Source: Vicugna vicugna
Taxonomy: Eukaryota
Direction of reading: 5' to 3'
DNA: 64,000 nucleotides
Assembly (NCBI GenBank): GCA_013265495.1
Contig: MU058636.1
Location: 3,397,967 to 3,461,966, forward strand
Below the pieces are notes generated by a model. It did no database searches, was not told where the DNA came from, and saw nothing but the letters and a program-made list of their open reading frames with translations. Below are positions 51,413-64,000 of the stretch, in pieces. Each line of letters begins with the position of its first letter. Positions within the stretch are counted from its first letter, which is position 1. The position numbers were made by a program, and so were the translations under genes.

Positions 51413-51562
51413 CTTCCACCTCTCTGAGCACTTCTTAGAAAACTCTGAGAAGTTGACTGAAGCATCTGGGTGCTTCTTCTTGTGCTCCTCCCGGCAAGTT
51501 TGCACAAAGAATGCATATGATGACATTTTGCCTCTCGGCTTCTTAGGATCTCCTTTGCCCAT
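51413..51562 (-). CDS. HMGB1: HMGB1 coding exon (exon 2; aa 1-50, HMG box A N-terminal part)
   Basis: Translates [53 protein letters not shown] at 51562-51560; acceptor tttttag before 51573 (11 nt of 5'UTR); donor AAG|gtaaag after 51413. Confidence 0.99.
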
Positions 51563-52700
51563 GTTTATTTTTTCTAAAAAAAAAAACAAAAAACAATTCT
51601 AACGTTAACAATTAAATTCATGGCATTTAAACACTAACTTCTTGGGGAGTGAATGAAAAGCAAGACACTAGTTATTTAACACAGCATTGACATTAACCAC
51701 TCATAATACCAAACAAGAAAATGGTAGTGATAGCCAATTCCTAAAGAGGTGAAACCAAGCAAAAAGCGGTCCTTCGGTGTGAGCTCAGAAAAAGTGTACA
51801 CACAATGGTACACTCTTAGGTTACAGTATTTGTAATTTATCTGCCTGTATCTGTTCCGGATGAATACCTAACCGGTCATTTAAAAAACTTAAATGTAAAA
51901 AACCATTTCTAATCAACAAAACCAAAGGTCATAAAATGCTGTCGACTCATAAATCTGCACTACACAAGGAATAAATAGGTAAGAGCCAAAGTGAGTAGAC
52001 CTTTCCAAATTATGGGCCTAAATCAGCACTCATTTAAAGTTCTCCCAACGATTACTTTAAAATATTCTCTTGGCGTAAAACTTCGCAGGGAGGAGGGAGC
52101 AGCAGGAAGCCCCGGTGCTCGGACCCAGGCTGGGGGGCGGCGGTGGTATTTGCGCGGCTGCCACCGCCAGGCAGCTCGTTTCCTATCGGTTTGGCCCCGA
52201 GATGTATTTCAGTTCTGACTAAACACGTCCGGTCTGAAGTTTTCTTCGAGTAAACAAGGATGAGGGACAAAAGCCACTCCTGCTCGTGGCTCGGGTTGCC
52301 CACCCCCACCCGCCAGAGGAGTATTTTTTCTGATCTGCGAAAGTTGGGGCGCCGCGCGGGGAGGCCTCCGCGCACCTTCCCGCCTCTGGGCCCCCCGCCC
52401 GCCAACTTCGGGGTCGCGAGGGGAGGTCGCCCGGGGCGGTGGGGCCGCAGCGCGGCCTCCAGGCCCGGCTCCCCGCGCGGGGCCGCCACGTGCGCCCGGC
52501 CACCCGCCGCCCCGCGCAGTCCGCCGCCGCCCCCATTTTGTCAGCTCGGCGGAGGGAGCAGCCCCGCTCGAAATGGGGGCTGGCTCCGCCCGCGGCCGCC
52601 GGGGCCGGCGCGCACGGAATGGCCGCTGCGCGTCTTCCCCGCCTGCGCCGCCGCCGCCGCCGCGAGGGCGAGCGCGAGCGAGAATATGGCTCCTTCCCTT

Positions 52701-52750
52701 TGTGTGTGTGTGTGTGTGTGAGTGTGTGAGTGCGAGAGTGTGAGTGCGAG
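52701..52750. repeat. (TG)n / TGAG microsatellite in HMGB1 intron 1
   Basis: tgtgtgtgtgtgtgtgtgtgagtgtgtgagtgcgagagtgtgagtgcgag. Confidence 0.95.
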
Positions 52751-53757
52751 CGCAGGCGGGCGGGGTGCGCGCCGCGCTCTGGCGCACACACTCGGCCATG
52801 ACGGCCGGGGGGAGGGGCGGGGGGCGCGCGGCCGGACCCTCCCCCTCCCCCTCCGCGGGGGGGCCTCCCCGGGAGGCGCCCCCGGCCCGCCGCTCCCCGT
52901 CTCCCTCCGCGCGGCCCGCGCGCCCCGCCGCCCCCGCACGGAGGACGCGGGGCTGTGAGAAGAGGAAAAAAAAAGTTGCCTCGGAACTGCTGCGCCCAGC
53001 TCCCCCGCCCGCGCCCGCCCGCCCNNNNNNNNNNNNNNNNNNNNNNNNNNNNNNNNNNNNNNNNNNNNNNNNNNNNNNNNNNNNNNNNNNNNNNNNNNNN
53101 NNNNNNNNNNNNNNNNNNNNNNNNNNNNNNNNNNNNNNNNNNNNNNNNNNNNNNNNNNNNNNNNNNNNNNNNNNNNNNNNNNNNNNNNNNNNNNNNNNNN
53201 NNNNNNNNNNNNNNNNNNNNNNNNNNNNNNNNNNNNNNNNNNNNNNNNNNNNNNNNNNNNNNNNNNNNNNNNNNNNNNNNNNNNNNNNNNNNNNNNNNNN
53301 NNNNNNNNNNNNNNGCGCTCGCCGCCGGCGCCCGGCTCTGCGGCGGCCAATGCAGCCGTGAAGCGCCGCCCGCCCGCCCGCCGCCGGCCCGCCGCCCCCG
53401 GCGCACGCCGGCCGCTTGAACGCTCGGCCCGGGGGCCGAAAACACGTTAAAAATTTTTTTTATGAAAAAAAATTTTTTTTTGCGCTAGTCAGCGAGGACG
53501 CCGCCGCGGGTGGAAACTCGCGGGGCTCGGGGCTCGCGGTGCCTCAGGCGGCCCGGGGGCCGGGGCTCCGGCGCGGGGCAGGGCTCCCGGCGCCCGAGGA
53601 GAGGCTCGCTCCGTGCGCAGTTCCCCCCACGGTCCCCCCTCATTTGCCTTTGTGTGGATCCTGACCCGCCGGCTCCCGGCCGCGGGGATCCGGCCGCCGC
53701 GCGGGGTCGGGAGCTGCCGGAGGCGCTCTCCCCGCCGCGGCGCTGCCCCAGACTCAC

Positions 53758-53904
53758 CCTCAGCGAGGCACAGAGTCGCCCAGTGCCCGTCCGGCTCTCA
53801 CTTGCCCCGGCGCTGTCTCTATGGAGCTCAATGTACTGCAATGGCTGTGAGAGCGGGAGCCAGACGCAGCCTCCTCACTCTCTCCGCTCTGTAACATTAC
53901 TCTC
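53758..53904 (-). other. HMGB1: HMGB1 non-coding exon 1 (5'UTR); 5' boundary approximate
   Basis: Minus strand reads GAGAGTAATGTTACAGAGCGGAGAG...GCCATTGCAGTACATTGAGCTCC...TGCCTCGCTGAGG|gtgagt, recognisable as the mammalian HMGB1 5'UTR and ending in a consensus donor. Confidence 0.9.
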
Positions 53905-54030
53905 CAGCCAGCGCGCCTCCTATTGGCTACCGCCAACTCACGGGGCTCGCTCATTGGCCCGATACCTCCCATTGTCCTGACCAGAGCCCGTTTGCTATTG
54001 GCTGTCTCCGGGGACACGTCATCAAGGATT
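53905..54030 (-). promoter_or_regulatory. HMGB1: HMGB1 TATA-less proximal promoter with three CCAAT boxes and a CRE/ATF-like site
   Basis: ATTGG (CCAAT on minus strand) at 53922, 53953 and 53997; TGACGTG on minus strand at ~54015-54021; directly upstream of exon 1. Confidence 0.8.
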
Positions 54031-55904
54031 GAAACAGCGCGCAAATCTGAATGTGTGTGTATGCCGGGCAAAGAGGCTGAGGCGGGAGAGGCAGAGGCAG
54101 AGGCAGCAGCTGCTACGGGAAAGCAGAGCTCTATGGTGTATGTGTGCATGTGTCTAACCCAAGCCAGCCCCACACCGGAGCGGCCGCCGGAGCGAAAAGG
54201 GCCTGACTTTTCCACAAGTGTCTCCAACTCCTCAGGCAAAAGAGACACCCACAGGCCTGCCCCCCCCTTCTTACCCCAAACTCACTTCCAAAGCCGTTGA
54301 GATAAGAGGCCCCAGACTTTTAACAGACCTTCAAAAGTGAGAGCGACAGGATGAGATCACGTCCCCTGAAAACAGAGGCTTCTGCTCGTGCGGGGGGGCC
54401 AAGGCAGTCGAGATTCGAGTTCCTCAACAACATATGGTTGCATTACACTTTAGATCTCTGGAAGGGCAGGGCTTTTCCTATAAGAAAGTGACACGATCCA
54501 GTCAGCCGGTTTTAAACTAACCCCTTTTCTGGGCTCATGAGCCCGTACCGTCAGGCTTGCTGAGCAGCTGAAATCTTGACTCACTGAACAGGCATTCAGT
54601 TTCACCCTTTTTTTGGTTTGATCGAGTTTCACAGCTTGTCTAGAACTTTTTATTTAAATACAAAGCACTGTCTCAACTTCCTGGAAATCAAATAATTATT
54701 CCATGTAATTAAAGCACAGCCACTTCGTTTTGATATGGGGTACTCTGGCAGGAAATGTTTGTGAGGGCCTGCTGGAATTAGCAAATTCATTAGAGACCAC
54801 ATTTTCAACTGTTTGGCTGTTTTATTTGACTTGGTGTGGATTACTGTTATAATCAAACGAATCCTTGTGATGCTATCTTTCCCTCCCATCACACCACTTA
54901 GTGCATCCATGTAACTGCTCTAGGATTACAGGAGTCGTAGGTATATCGTTACCCGGAGGATTAGATGGAGGCAGAGTGCATGTGCCCAAATCCACAGGCT
55001 GTGGTTTCTCTAACTCATCGAGCTGGCTGGTATCAACAGACATATTTACTATGTCTGTAAAGAAAATGTGCTAGCTATACTAGTGAGTTCTGAAGACTAT
55101 ACAGTTATATCAGTCCTTTATAAAACTATTATCTGTTCCTTCCTAGCCTGGGCAGACCACACCCCTATTCAGTTATAACAGACTTCCCTTTTTTTCATTC
55201 TTTAGTGGTATGTTTCTACACTTCTAGATTCACCAGCCAATTCAATAGACCAAAGTTAAAATAAATCACTTTATTATGTTAATTTTATTTCTTATATCCA
55301 ATCTAAGCATCCATAACTTAATGTAGTTGCTCAGATTTATTGAGCTATTTGAGAATAGACTTAGAAAACCTTTCTTGACCTACAATTTTAATGTTTACTC
55401 CTTTTTTAAAAAATACATAATTGGTCTCAGGGATTATAGTCTTAGAATGGACAATGCATGACATATGAATATGAAAAAGAGCTTAATATTGAAGAATATG
55501 TCAACTAGTATAATGCACACTCAATGTTTAAAAAGCAAACATCTAAAGTTAACTTTTATATTATTTCCACACATACTTACTCTCCTTTACTTCTCTCTAC
55601 TAATCAAATGTTATGCTTTATTTAAATCTAGGCATTTACTTCAATTGTTTTATCTTCTTGATGTCTGTATTACAAAATATTCATGAATTGCACTTTAAAT
55701 GGCATCTATGATGTCAAAATTTGACTCTTATTTGAAGATAGCACTATCAGTATTTTCCAGGAGCACTGCTGGGTTTGCCCTGGCCCAACCACTTTTTAAG
55801 ATATTTTTACTGGTTGTCTATAATAGCTTACTCCTGCCAGGGTAAGTTCATGGTCACAGAACAACATGAGAGCAATGGGCCCACACAGGTTTCTATTTCA
55901 GCAG

Positions 55905-56080
55905 GATGGTATGGTGAGTAACAGACATTGGATTTAAACAGACCTAGGTTCAAATCCCAGCTCTGCTATTTACTAGCTGTATGATTTCAGGCAAATTTTT
56001 AAAAACTTCTTTGTGTTTTAAATCTCTCAGCTAAAAAATGGAGGTGATCACCAGGTTGTTGTAAAGATTAAACTTTTTTT
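55905..56080 (+). mobile_element. MIR SINE
   Basis: cagacctaggttcaaatcccagctctgctatttactagctgtatga. Confidence 0.8.
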
Positions 56081-56639
56081 TTCCCCAAAGGTTTAAAACT
56101 ATGTCATGCAGATGCCTTCAAGCCCATGACTTAGAAAACCCCAAGTGCAATTAGCCCTAAGGTTTTTTTCGTATTTTAATTTTATATGAGGACAGTGTTT
56201 GCAAATCTAATTAAGCTTCTGAAAAAAAAATTCTACCCTCAAACAGCACTAATCTTCATCCAGTCTAGTGATGGTACCTTCATTTATTCCCAAGTATAGC
56301 AGAGGCCATGTCACAGAGAAGAGTATTAAAACCTCCACTTACTGGCACATTTTTCATATTTTCTTTTTGTGCAAAAAGGGAGCAATGTAAAAAGGGGAGA
56401 AATTTTAAGTAAACCCTACAATTTCTAGCTCTAATCCTGCAACCTGAATGTTCATTTATTTATGATATTAGACCCTCTCCTTCTTCAATGTGTTTCATTA
56501 GCCACAAATTGACACATATATTACTTTAGGGTAGTTGGATGTTTTATCCCAACTTACAAAGTTATCTAATTCAAAAAGCCTGAACACTCTCTCCCATGCC
56601 TAATTTAGCCAACTAAATTACAGATCTTTATTAACATAG

Positions 56640-56885
56640 TTTACACCCTTCCTGAAGCCAGCCTCTAGGACAGGTGAAGCACCTCTCTTCTGGGATCCTA
56701 TCATATTCTGTACATTAATTAATTACTGTGCCCACAATTGTAATTATCCAGTTATGGGCCTCTGTGTCCCACTGTATTGCACCTCTTCAAGACAGGAACT
56801 CTATCTTATCTTTGCATCCCAAGCACCTAGCAGGATGCCTGGCATAGAGCAGGTACTAAATAAAGTCTGTTGAATAAATGAATTA
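56640..56885 (+). mobile_element. L2 3' end
   Basis: gacaggaactctatcttatctttgcatcccaagcacctagcaggatgcctggcatagagcaggtactaaataaagtctgttgaataaatgaa. Confidence 0.85.
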
Positions 56886-58149
56886 GTAGCCGAAAGAGTA
56901 CTTACTGCAAATTATTGTTTTAATTTTTCTTTTCCATCTTTAGAGATAAACATTTGGGTATTTCTAAATCAGAAGGCAGGAAAATAGAATAATAAGTAAT
57001 AAGTAAATGTTAGCTTATTAAGATTGAGGATAGATGTCAATCACCTCATTCTTACAACTTAAAAAGAGGAAGATGGAGTTGGGGGCCGGAGGGAATTGCA
57101 GATACAGACAAACACATACATTTGTAGTATTTACAAGCTCCCAACTAGGCCAAGGTTATTCTTCCTTGGATACCGTGAGCTATGGGAAGCCAAGTAAGAA
57201 TTTATCACAGAAAACTGCAAGAACGTCTGCCCAAAGGTTGCTTCCAATGGACATTTGAGACTTAACTCTAATGTAAAAAAATCCAAATGCAGACAGGGGG
57301 CTGGAAGTTTTCAGCTGAAGGATACTGATTCCTCCTTATGCAGTGAGACCTGAAGTCAAGCTGTGTGACTCTTCTTGTCTCTCCTCAAAAAGGCCAGTTT
57401 CTGAAAAGGAGTAGAAACAGTAACCCTAAATGTCTGACAAGGTCAGCTGTACTCAGGATCCTGCATACTTAGAGACACTTTTTTGTTTAAAGGATGCTGA
57501 AAATAAAAGAGGGAGGAATTCAGGAGAAGAAAAGAATACAGGCTGTGAACGAGAAGAGTCCCACCCTCAGCCCTCAACCCATGATGCGTGGCCTCTGTAG
57601 CCACTAAGTTCCCCCAACTCTTACTTGAGGGTAGTGATGATGCCATATCTCACTGGCAAGGACGTTACAGGACTAAATGTATGGACACAAAGGAGAAGAA
57701 GAGGCGGAGTGTGATCTGTCAGTGCGTGGAGAAGAGGAACCTCGTCCTGGGCTGCGCAAGGACTTCTGCCCTAGCCCAGGGCTTCTGTCCGAATGTGGCT
57801 TGCAGGTGGGGAAATCAGTGGTTTCAGCTGTGGGTGGCATTGATGGCTCAGGCAAAGAAAATGGTACGGAAGCTAATTTATACCAACAATACCTCTACAA
57901 TCGGGATATTTCACTGATAAATAAGGAAGAAAACTTACACCTTTTCTTAAGAAGATGCGCATTCTCTGGTTAACCAAAGAATGGTACACGTGAAGAGGGG
58001 AAAACTCATTAGTGAAAGTTTTTATAAAATGGTAATCTAAATTCAGACAAGATGACCATTTTAGGTTTTGATCTCCAGAATCACCTCAAGAGGCCAAATT
58101 CAGTTGCCCTATTAGAAGGGCCATAAACCTTAAGAACAAATGTCTTAGC

Positions 58150-58748
58150 ACACCTACTAAGATGGTTATAATAAAAAAACAGACACGACGAGTGTGGGTG
58201 ACAATGTGGAGAAAATGGGCGCGTTGAACACTGTTGGTGAGAATGTGAAATGCTGCAGCTGCTTTGGAAAAGTCTGACAGCTCCTCCAAAGGGGAAACAC
58301 AGGGTTATCATATGACCCAGCAATTCCACGCCTAGGTGTGTACCCAAGAGAAACAAAGCCATGTCCACACAAAAAGCTGTACATGAATGCTCATAGCAGC
58401 ATTATCTGTAATAGTCAAAAAGCAACCCAAATGAACCCAAATGCTCATCAACTGATGAGTGGATAAATAAAATATAGTATATCAATGGGATTAAATATTA
58501 TTCAGCAATAAAGAATGAAATATTGACACAAGTCACAAGATGGACGAACCTTGAAAACAGGGTGCTAAGTGAAAGAAGCCAGACATTAAAAAAAACCCCA
58601 CATACTGTATGATTCCATTTATATGAAATGTCCAGAAATTTATAAAGACAGAAGGTAGATTAGTGGTAGCCAGGGGCTGAGGGCAGGGGGTGGGGAAGAG
58701 GAGTGACTACTAATGGGTGTGGAGCTTCTTTTAAAAAGAGGAAAATAT
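58150..58748 (+). mobile_element. L1MB-type LINE 3' region
   Basis: ctgttggtgagaatgtgaaatg...tatgacccagcaattccac...gctaagtgaaagaagccagac...tgtatgattccatttatatgaaatgtccagaa. Confidence 0.9.
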
Positions 58749-58750
58749 TT

Positions 58751-58860
58751 GGAGGGGAGGGTATAGCTCAAGTGATAGAGTGTATGCTTAGCATGTACAA
58801 CGTCCTAGATTCAATCCCCAGTACCTCCATTAAAAAATAAAGTGATTAATTTTAAAAAAA
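58751..58860 (+). mobile_element. Camelid tRNA-derived SINE (Vic-1-like)
   Basis: gggtatagctcaagtgatagagtgtatgcttagcatgtacaacgtcctagattcaatccccagtacctcc plus A-rich tail. Confidence 0.9.
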
Positions 58861-60089
58861 GACTAGAAAATTAGCTTTATTTATCATGCATCTCCTATGT
58901 ACTGAGCACTATACAGAGATGATTTTGTTTAATCCTCACAGTGGTCCTACAGGCCACGATGCTTATCTCTCTTTTACAAATAATTCTCAGGTGGCTCAGA
59001 GAGATCCCTTAAGTTGTCCAAGGTCACACAGTTAGTGAGAGAGTAAAAAAACTGACCCAGTTCTAACTCCAAAGCTGAAGTTTTCTCCACTAAGCCACAT
59101 GACCTTCCAGTTATTAGCCTAGCTAAGAAATTTTTAAATGATGACATTTTCCCACCTAAGTATACCTCATATCCTCACAGGAAACTGCCGCGAGTTCACG
59201 GCCTTGGCTTTTAAGGTTTTTGAATAGGACCAGTATATTTTGCATATTTAAAATTTGAAAAAGTTTCATGAAACAATACCTACCATTATGGTGATGGAGT
59301 CTGATTTTTTTTCCCCTTAAAATCCTAGATGTACTTTGGAACCCACCAATGAGCCCTGTAGTGTGCGAAACATTGCGTTTGAGCTGGAGTAAATCAGCCC
59401 CGTTTTCCATCCAGGATAACCTTAAGTGACAAGCGTCAGTGCTGGCGGCTGATGGGACGGGACTGAGGACCAGGCCAGGAGAGACGCCTGGCACCCAGGA
59501 CCTCCGGCCACAGCTCCCAGCACACCCAGGGAGGCTGGTGCCAAGCCTGGGGACGTCCTGCCCAGAGAAAGACTGCAGATAGGAAAGGAGAGTGCCTTGC
59601 TCTGCCAGGGAGATCCAAGACAAAAGCCGGCATTCCAGGCCTCCAGGAAATGCAAAGGAGATGCCTGCAAATCCCCAAGGCCTGGGAGAGAAATCCTGGC
59701 AGACTTGATAAATACCTTCCGCCCCTGGGTGGGGTTCGACACCTTTGCTGCATCTTCCTCAGAGGTCCGAAGCACAGGAGGCCATCCGCCAGCAGAAGCT
59801 GTACCGGTTGGGAAGAGGCCTCACCTCCCAAGGTACCAGGCCTTTTTGTTTAAACAACAGCACCCAGCCTGCCAACACATACCTGTTGTTCATGAAGGTG
59901 TTAAAAAACAACAGCAACAACAACAAAATACTTGTATGCTTTTTTTTTGAAAGGTTGCTGGTGTTCCTTGTTCAAGGTTTCTTTTTGATTTCCAAGAATG
60001 GAAAAGGAAAATAGGAAGGAGATAGCACGATTCAGTATCTTCTAACATAAGTCCCACCAGCGCATTGATAGTCACCTTCAGAAACAGAA

Positions 60090-60580
60090 CTCTGCCTTGG
60101 AAACATTCATGCATTTGACCAGTGATTCTGCTTCAAACAAAAAAACAGACAAAAACACACTTCAGAAAATAATCAGAAATAACTAAAAAGTACAAAGGTT
60201 TGAATAAGACTATTAATTGCAGAACTATCTATAATGTGGAAATAACCTAGGTGTTCAATGAGAGGGGCTTGGATTAATAAATTTTGTTCCATCTTTATGA
60301 CGGATTAGCATCATGCCATTATCAAACTGTTATAAATACTAAATTGAATGCCATGTAAAAATATCGAAAATACCTTATGACAAAACTGTTTTCTTAAGGA
60401 TCCCTGGTTTGGAGAAAAAGTGTGTAAGTGAATCCAAAAAAGAATGGAAAAAGAATGGAAGAATATACTAAAAAATGTTAATAGTGTTTATTTCTTGTAA
60501 AAGGTAATCTTTGTTTTCTTCTTACACTCTTCAATATTTCCCTAGTTTTCTACAATCAATATTACTTCTAAAATTAGAAA
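60090..60580 (+). mobile_element. Old L1ME-like 3' fragment
   Basis: tttgaccagtgattctgctt...aataacctaggtgttcaatgagagggg...ggaagaatatactaaaaaatgttaatagtgtttatttct...ttttctacaat. Confidence 0.6.
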
Positions 60581-61314
60581 CAGATGACTCCAATTTTTTA
60601 AGAGAAGAAATCTGCTAATAGAAGACTCAGAGATTCAGATTATTTTGAAATTCAGACCTCATTACTCTAGAAACTCTTCCCTGTAAGTAAATACACTATA
60701 TATATAGTATGATTTATGATTTACATATATATGTGTGTGTGTAAATCACACACATTCATCATGGCCCTAAAATAAAGGTGTCTCCATTGTCATCCAAACG
60801 TGATCGCCTTGATAACTCAAATCAGAACCAGTCATCTGCTAGGAGGAAAAGTATCAGTGTTTACATGAAGAAACTTTTTTCTTATCACTACCCATGTCTT
60901 CTTTAATGACTATTCCTTCATCTCCCATAATTCAGTCCTGAGTCAGCTTCTCTTTGCTTCTCTGCTCTCTTAGAGACCCTAGTGACCAACTCCACGTGGA
61001 GTTTTACCTCCATTTTTATGTAAATAACCCCCAGTTTCCCTTTCAGCCTTAGGATCTATCCTGGACCCTACTGTGTACCAGTTTCCCAGACTCAGGGGGT
61101 TTACTCTCTTAACCACACCCTTTCCTGATTTCCCCACTTGCCAACTTCCCACACTAGCTCCAAGTCTAGGAGTCTGATTCCCCCTTCTTCCTCTTCCCTC
61201 ACATCAGATTCTGTGACATCTAGGCCGCAGTACTTTTGAATCATCCTCTCACTATTTTTTTTTTCTTTTTCGTTTCTATTGCCCCCAACTCTAGTTCTGT
61301 TCTTTATTTTATGT

Positions 61315-61530
61315 GGTTAAAAATGGAGGCTTTGGAACCAGACTCTCCTAGGATAAAATCCTGGCCTTAGCACTAACTCGCTGTTACCTTAGGCAAAGTG
61401 GATTAACCTCCTTGAGCCTCAGCTGCTTTTGTAAAATGGTAATACCCCTTTCAAAGGGAAGTTGTGAGTTTAAATTAGCTCATATGCATAAAGAGTCGAG
61501 CCTAGTATGCAAATTGCTTAGAGTGCTGTA
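61315..61530 (+). mobile_element. MIR SINE
   Basis: ggctttggaaccagac...aaatcctggcc...ccttaggcaaag...ttaacctccttgagcctcag...tgtaaaatgg. Confidence 0.8.
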
Positions 61531-64000
61531 AATGATCACCAGATGTTGGTTGTTTATTTTAGATTATTTAAAAAACTGCTATTATTAATATTTTCTTAAC
61601 GCATAAAAAACTCCACTGCTCAAAAAACGTTCCATTTAATTACAATATTTTTATCCCAATTAACTACAAAATCCTCACCTGGCCTTCAAGGCCTTCCCTA
61701 ATCAGGCAAAATTTCTCTCTTGCTTTCGCTCCCACTGCTCTCTCAATTTCCAAACTGGACCTTGTACTTTCCTACCTTCGAGCTTCTGGTCACACTGTTT
61801 CTTTTGGTTTGTAGTGTCCTTCCCCCACCTCTGCTGCTAAATCCAACCCGTCCTTTAAAACTTTCCCAACCGTTTCTAATTCTCAACTTGATGAGCCTTC
61901 TTTCATTTTCTGAACTGTCACTTTTGGGTGTACCTTTCTAACGGCTTTTATAGCGTTATAAATATAATGACAATGTATTATTATATATTTTATAACCTAT
62001 ATAAATACATTATGTTGTCTTTCTTACCCATCGGTCTCTCTCCAGCACTCTTCGCCCATCACAGCTACTCAATACGTTAGCTGAATGTCAAGGTGAGGTT
62101 CGATTTTCTGTCCACACCGATCACATTGCTAATCCTCAATCTTAGTAAACTATGTCTAGAATTCCCTTCCCTTCACAGATTAAATTACATTCTAGTATGC
62201 TAGCTTTAGGGACATGGAACAAAACCTATTGTCATGTCATTTTTGTTGGTCACAGTCAGTTGATACTGGCACTTTCATGTGGTTAAACTCCCTTCAGGTC
62301 AGCCCCTAACCTGATGATTTGGGGCAATGTTTCTATGCACTGCTGTTTTAACAGATTTTCTTTTTTGCTCTTTATGGTGTGAGGTGTTGTATAGTTCATA
62401 AACTTGTAGATGTATTTATTTTTTAAATTTACGTATCTTATTAAAAATCCTTCAAGTCAAAACAGTAACACCAGGGTTCTAAATGGCTTCATTCGTGTGG
62501 CCAATTTTGAGGTTAGCACACATTTCTCTCTGCATATTACAAGCTGTCACAAACATTCATGTACTCCTCCAAAATATCAGTCCTTCCTGTGTAGAAAATT
62601 CATTTTGACACCAAAATGCATGCCATCCAATTCAACAAATTCAATCTAGGCTTTAGATCTGGGTGACTCCAAATACTCCAGATTTACTGGGAGCAGTGTG
62701 GGTGACGAGGATTCCCTGGGTGGAGCCAGCAGTGGTGGAACTGGGGGAGGTATTGAGAAGGAGGGCTCTCCAGGGTTTTGGTCACTCCCACCCACAGCCA
62801 CAGTTCCTCCCACGGAGGTCGGCCCTCCCTCCCTCTGCCTCCTCCTCCCCCACCTCCCCGCCCCCTTCTCTCTCAACAATGGCTCCTGCTTCACAAACAC
62901 ACTGCTTTTAAAGCACCTAGTTCCTGGGATTTATACTTGCCAAGTGGCTTTGGGGAACAAGTTTTTCTCAAGCCCAGGCATCAGAAGGCACTTATTTCAA
63001 CACTTCAGGGAAAAATAGTAACTAAGGAAATCAATAATCTCATCCCAAGCAGAAGAATGGATTTTTGTGAGGCTCTCTCTGTGGTTTCCTGCCTATCTTT
63101 GAAAAGACGTGTAATATTAGTCTCTTGAAGATTTTTCCTCTTGTGTTTTCTTACCTTACCTAAAGAAGTGAAAACTTTTTGCAGGTAGAAACTATATCCT
63201 GACCTAAGTATTATATGGTGACAAGGTGTCTTCAAAAACTGTACGTTTATTAAAGATAATCAGAGGACTTTATGTGGCTAAAATTCTTCAATGGCTAAAA
63301 TTGAACCTCCTCTCTTTTTCAAAGTTTTTTTTTTTGTTTTTTTGTTTTTGATGGAGCAAAAGAACACAAATGAGATTAGGGGAGGAACTGCCAGAGCAAT
63401 AGGAGAAAAGAATGCCAAGGAGGGGAAGGGAGAAGGCTGCAAAAGCAGAAGCCAGTGCCAGAGTGTTTCACTCAGAAATGTTCCCTGAATCTATCCAACA
63501 TCTAAGCAAGGTGGCCTGAGGCAGGCTGTGAGCCCTAAATGCAAGGGTTAGATGCTATCTAAACCCAGGAAGAGTCATAAGAAAGAATTTACACGCATAT
63601 CTCCAAAAGCAGAAAGATTTGAAGAGGACTCAAGGCAGAAGACCTGCATTTTTCTAAAGCGAGATGCCAATCGTGTCAGAGCTTAGAACTCTAAGATTCA
63701 AGGACAAAGGCAGGTGGAGCAAAGTCAGCCCATGAAGGAAAGGGAGCCACTGTCTTACTCAGGACTCTGCTATGCCAGCAGGTGTGCTCTGAGTCTTAAA
63801 GACACGTGTGACTGCCACCAGCCATAGGTTAACATTTGTGGCTGAGAAAGAACTGATGTTAGACACTTGAAAGCACTCTTTCAGGCAAAACTTTCACTCA
63901 CTCAGTGAAGTTCCTACGTTTAATTTGGATCCCTCCCCCTTCCCGCTTCTCTCCTTTTTTCTTCTTTTCTCTCTGTTGTCTAAGAAATTAAAAAAACAAA

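Larger units (their letters stand above)
52090..54200. promoter_or_regulatory. HMGB1: CpG island over HMGB1 promoter, exon 1 and 5' part of intron 1
   Basis: Very GC- and CpG-rich; contains an assembly gap at 53025-53314. Confidence 0.95.

Noticed and set aside
49191..51562. HMGB1 as one of the many processed HMGB1 pseudogenes
   Set aside because: It has introns with canonical GT-AG sites, an intact frame and a CpG-island promoter, so it is the parent gene.
54073..54110. Alu-like GAGGCTGAGGCGGGAG word upstream of the HMGB1 promoter
   Set aside because: Only ~16 bp inside a (GAGGCA)n simple repeat; no other Alu sequence, and the genome is non-primate.
52052..54300. Cluster of long overlapping ORFs (up to 408 aa) on both strands
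   Set aside because: Artefacts of the HMGB1 CpG island and the 290-N gap; Arg/Gly/Pro/Ala-biased with no homology.

Overview
This is mammalian genomic DNA, probably camelid (alpaca/camel), judged from four tRNA-derived Vic-1-like SINEs. The only intact protein-coding gene is HMGB1 on the minus strand. It has a non-coding exon 1 (~53758-53904) in a CpG-island/CCAAT promoter and four coding exons (51562-51413, 51208-51063, 50574-50400, 49367-49191; 648 nt, 215 aa), followed by a long 3'UTR with several polyA signals. The rest is intergenic or intronic, with three further CpG islands lacking a coding gene, two assembly gaps and many interspersed repeats (L1, L2, MIR, CR1/L3, hAT/Tigger MERs, MLT1A, an ERV1-type solo LTR). 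Most notable observations: (i) a decayed SLC29A3 (ENT3) retrocopy whose exon 2 end is joined to antisense L1 sequence at what looks like a cryptic splice acceptor, i.e. a possible fossil of an L1-exonised truncated mRNA; (ii) an L1 3'-transduction bounded by a perfect 18-bp TSD; (iii) a CpG-rich solo LTR with a 4-bp TSD; (iv) an AT-only inverted repeat inside the HMGB1 CpG island; (v) an open shifted reading frame over the HMGB1 acidic tail that encodes an Arg/Lys-rich tail. Repeat family names and orthologue comparisons come from recalled consensus sequences, not from database searches. Nearly all other ORFs in the track appear spurious.
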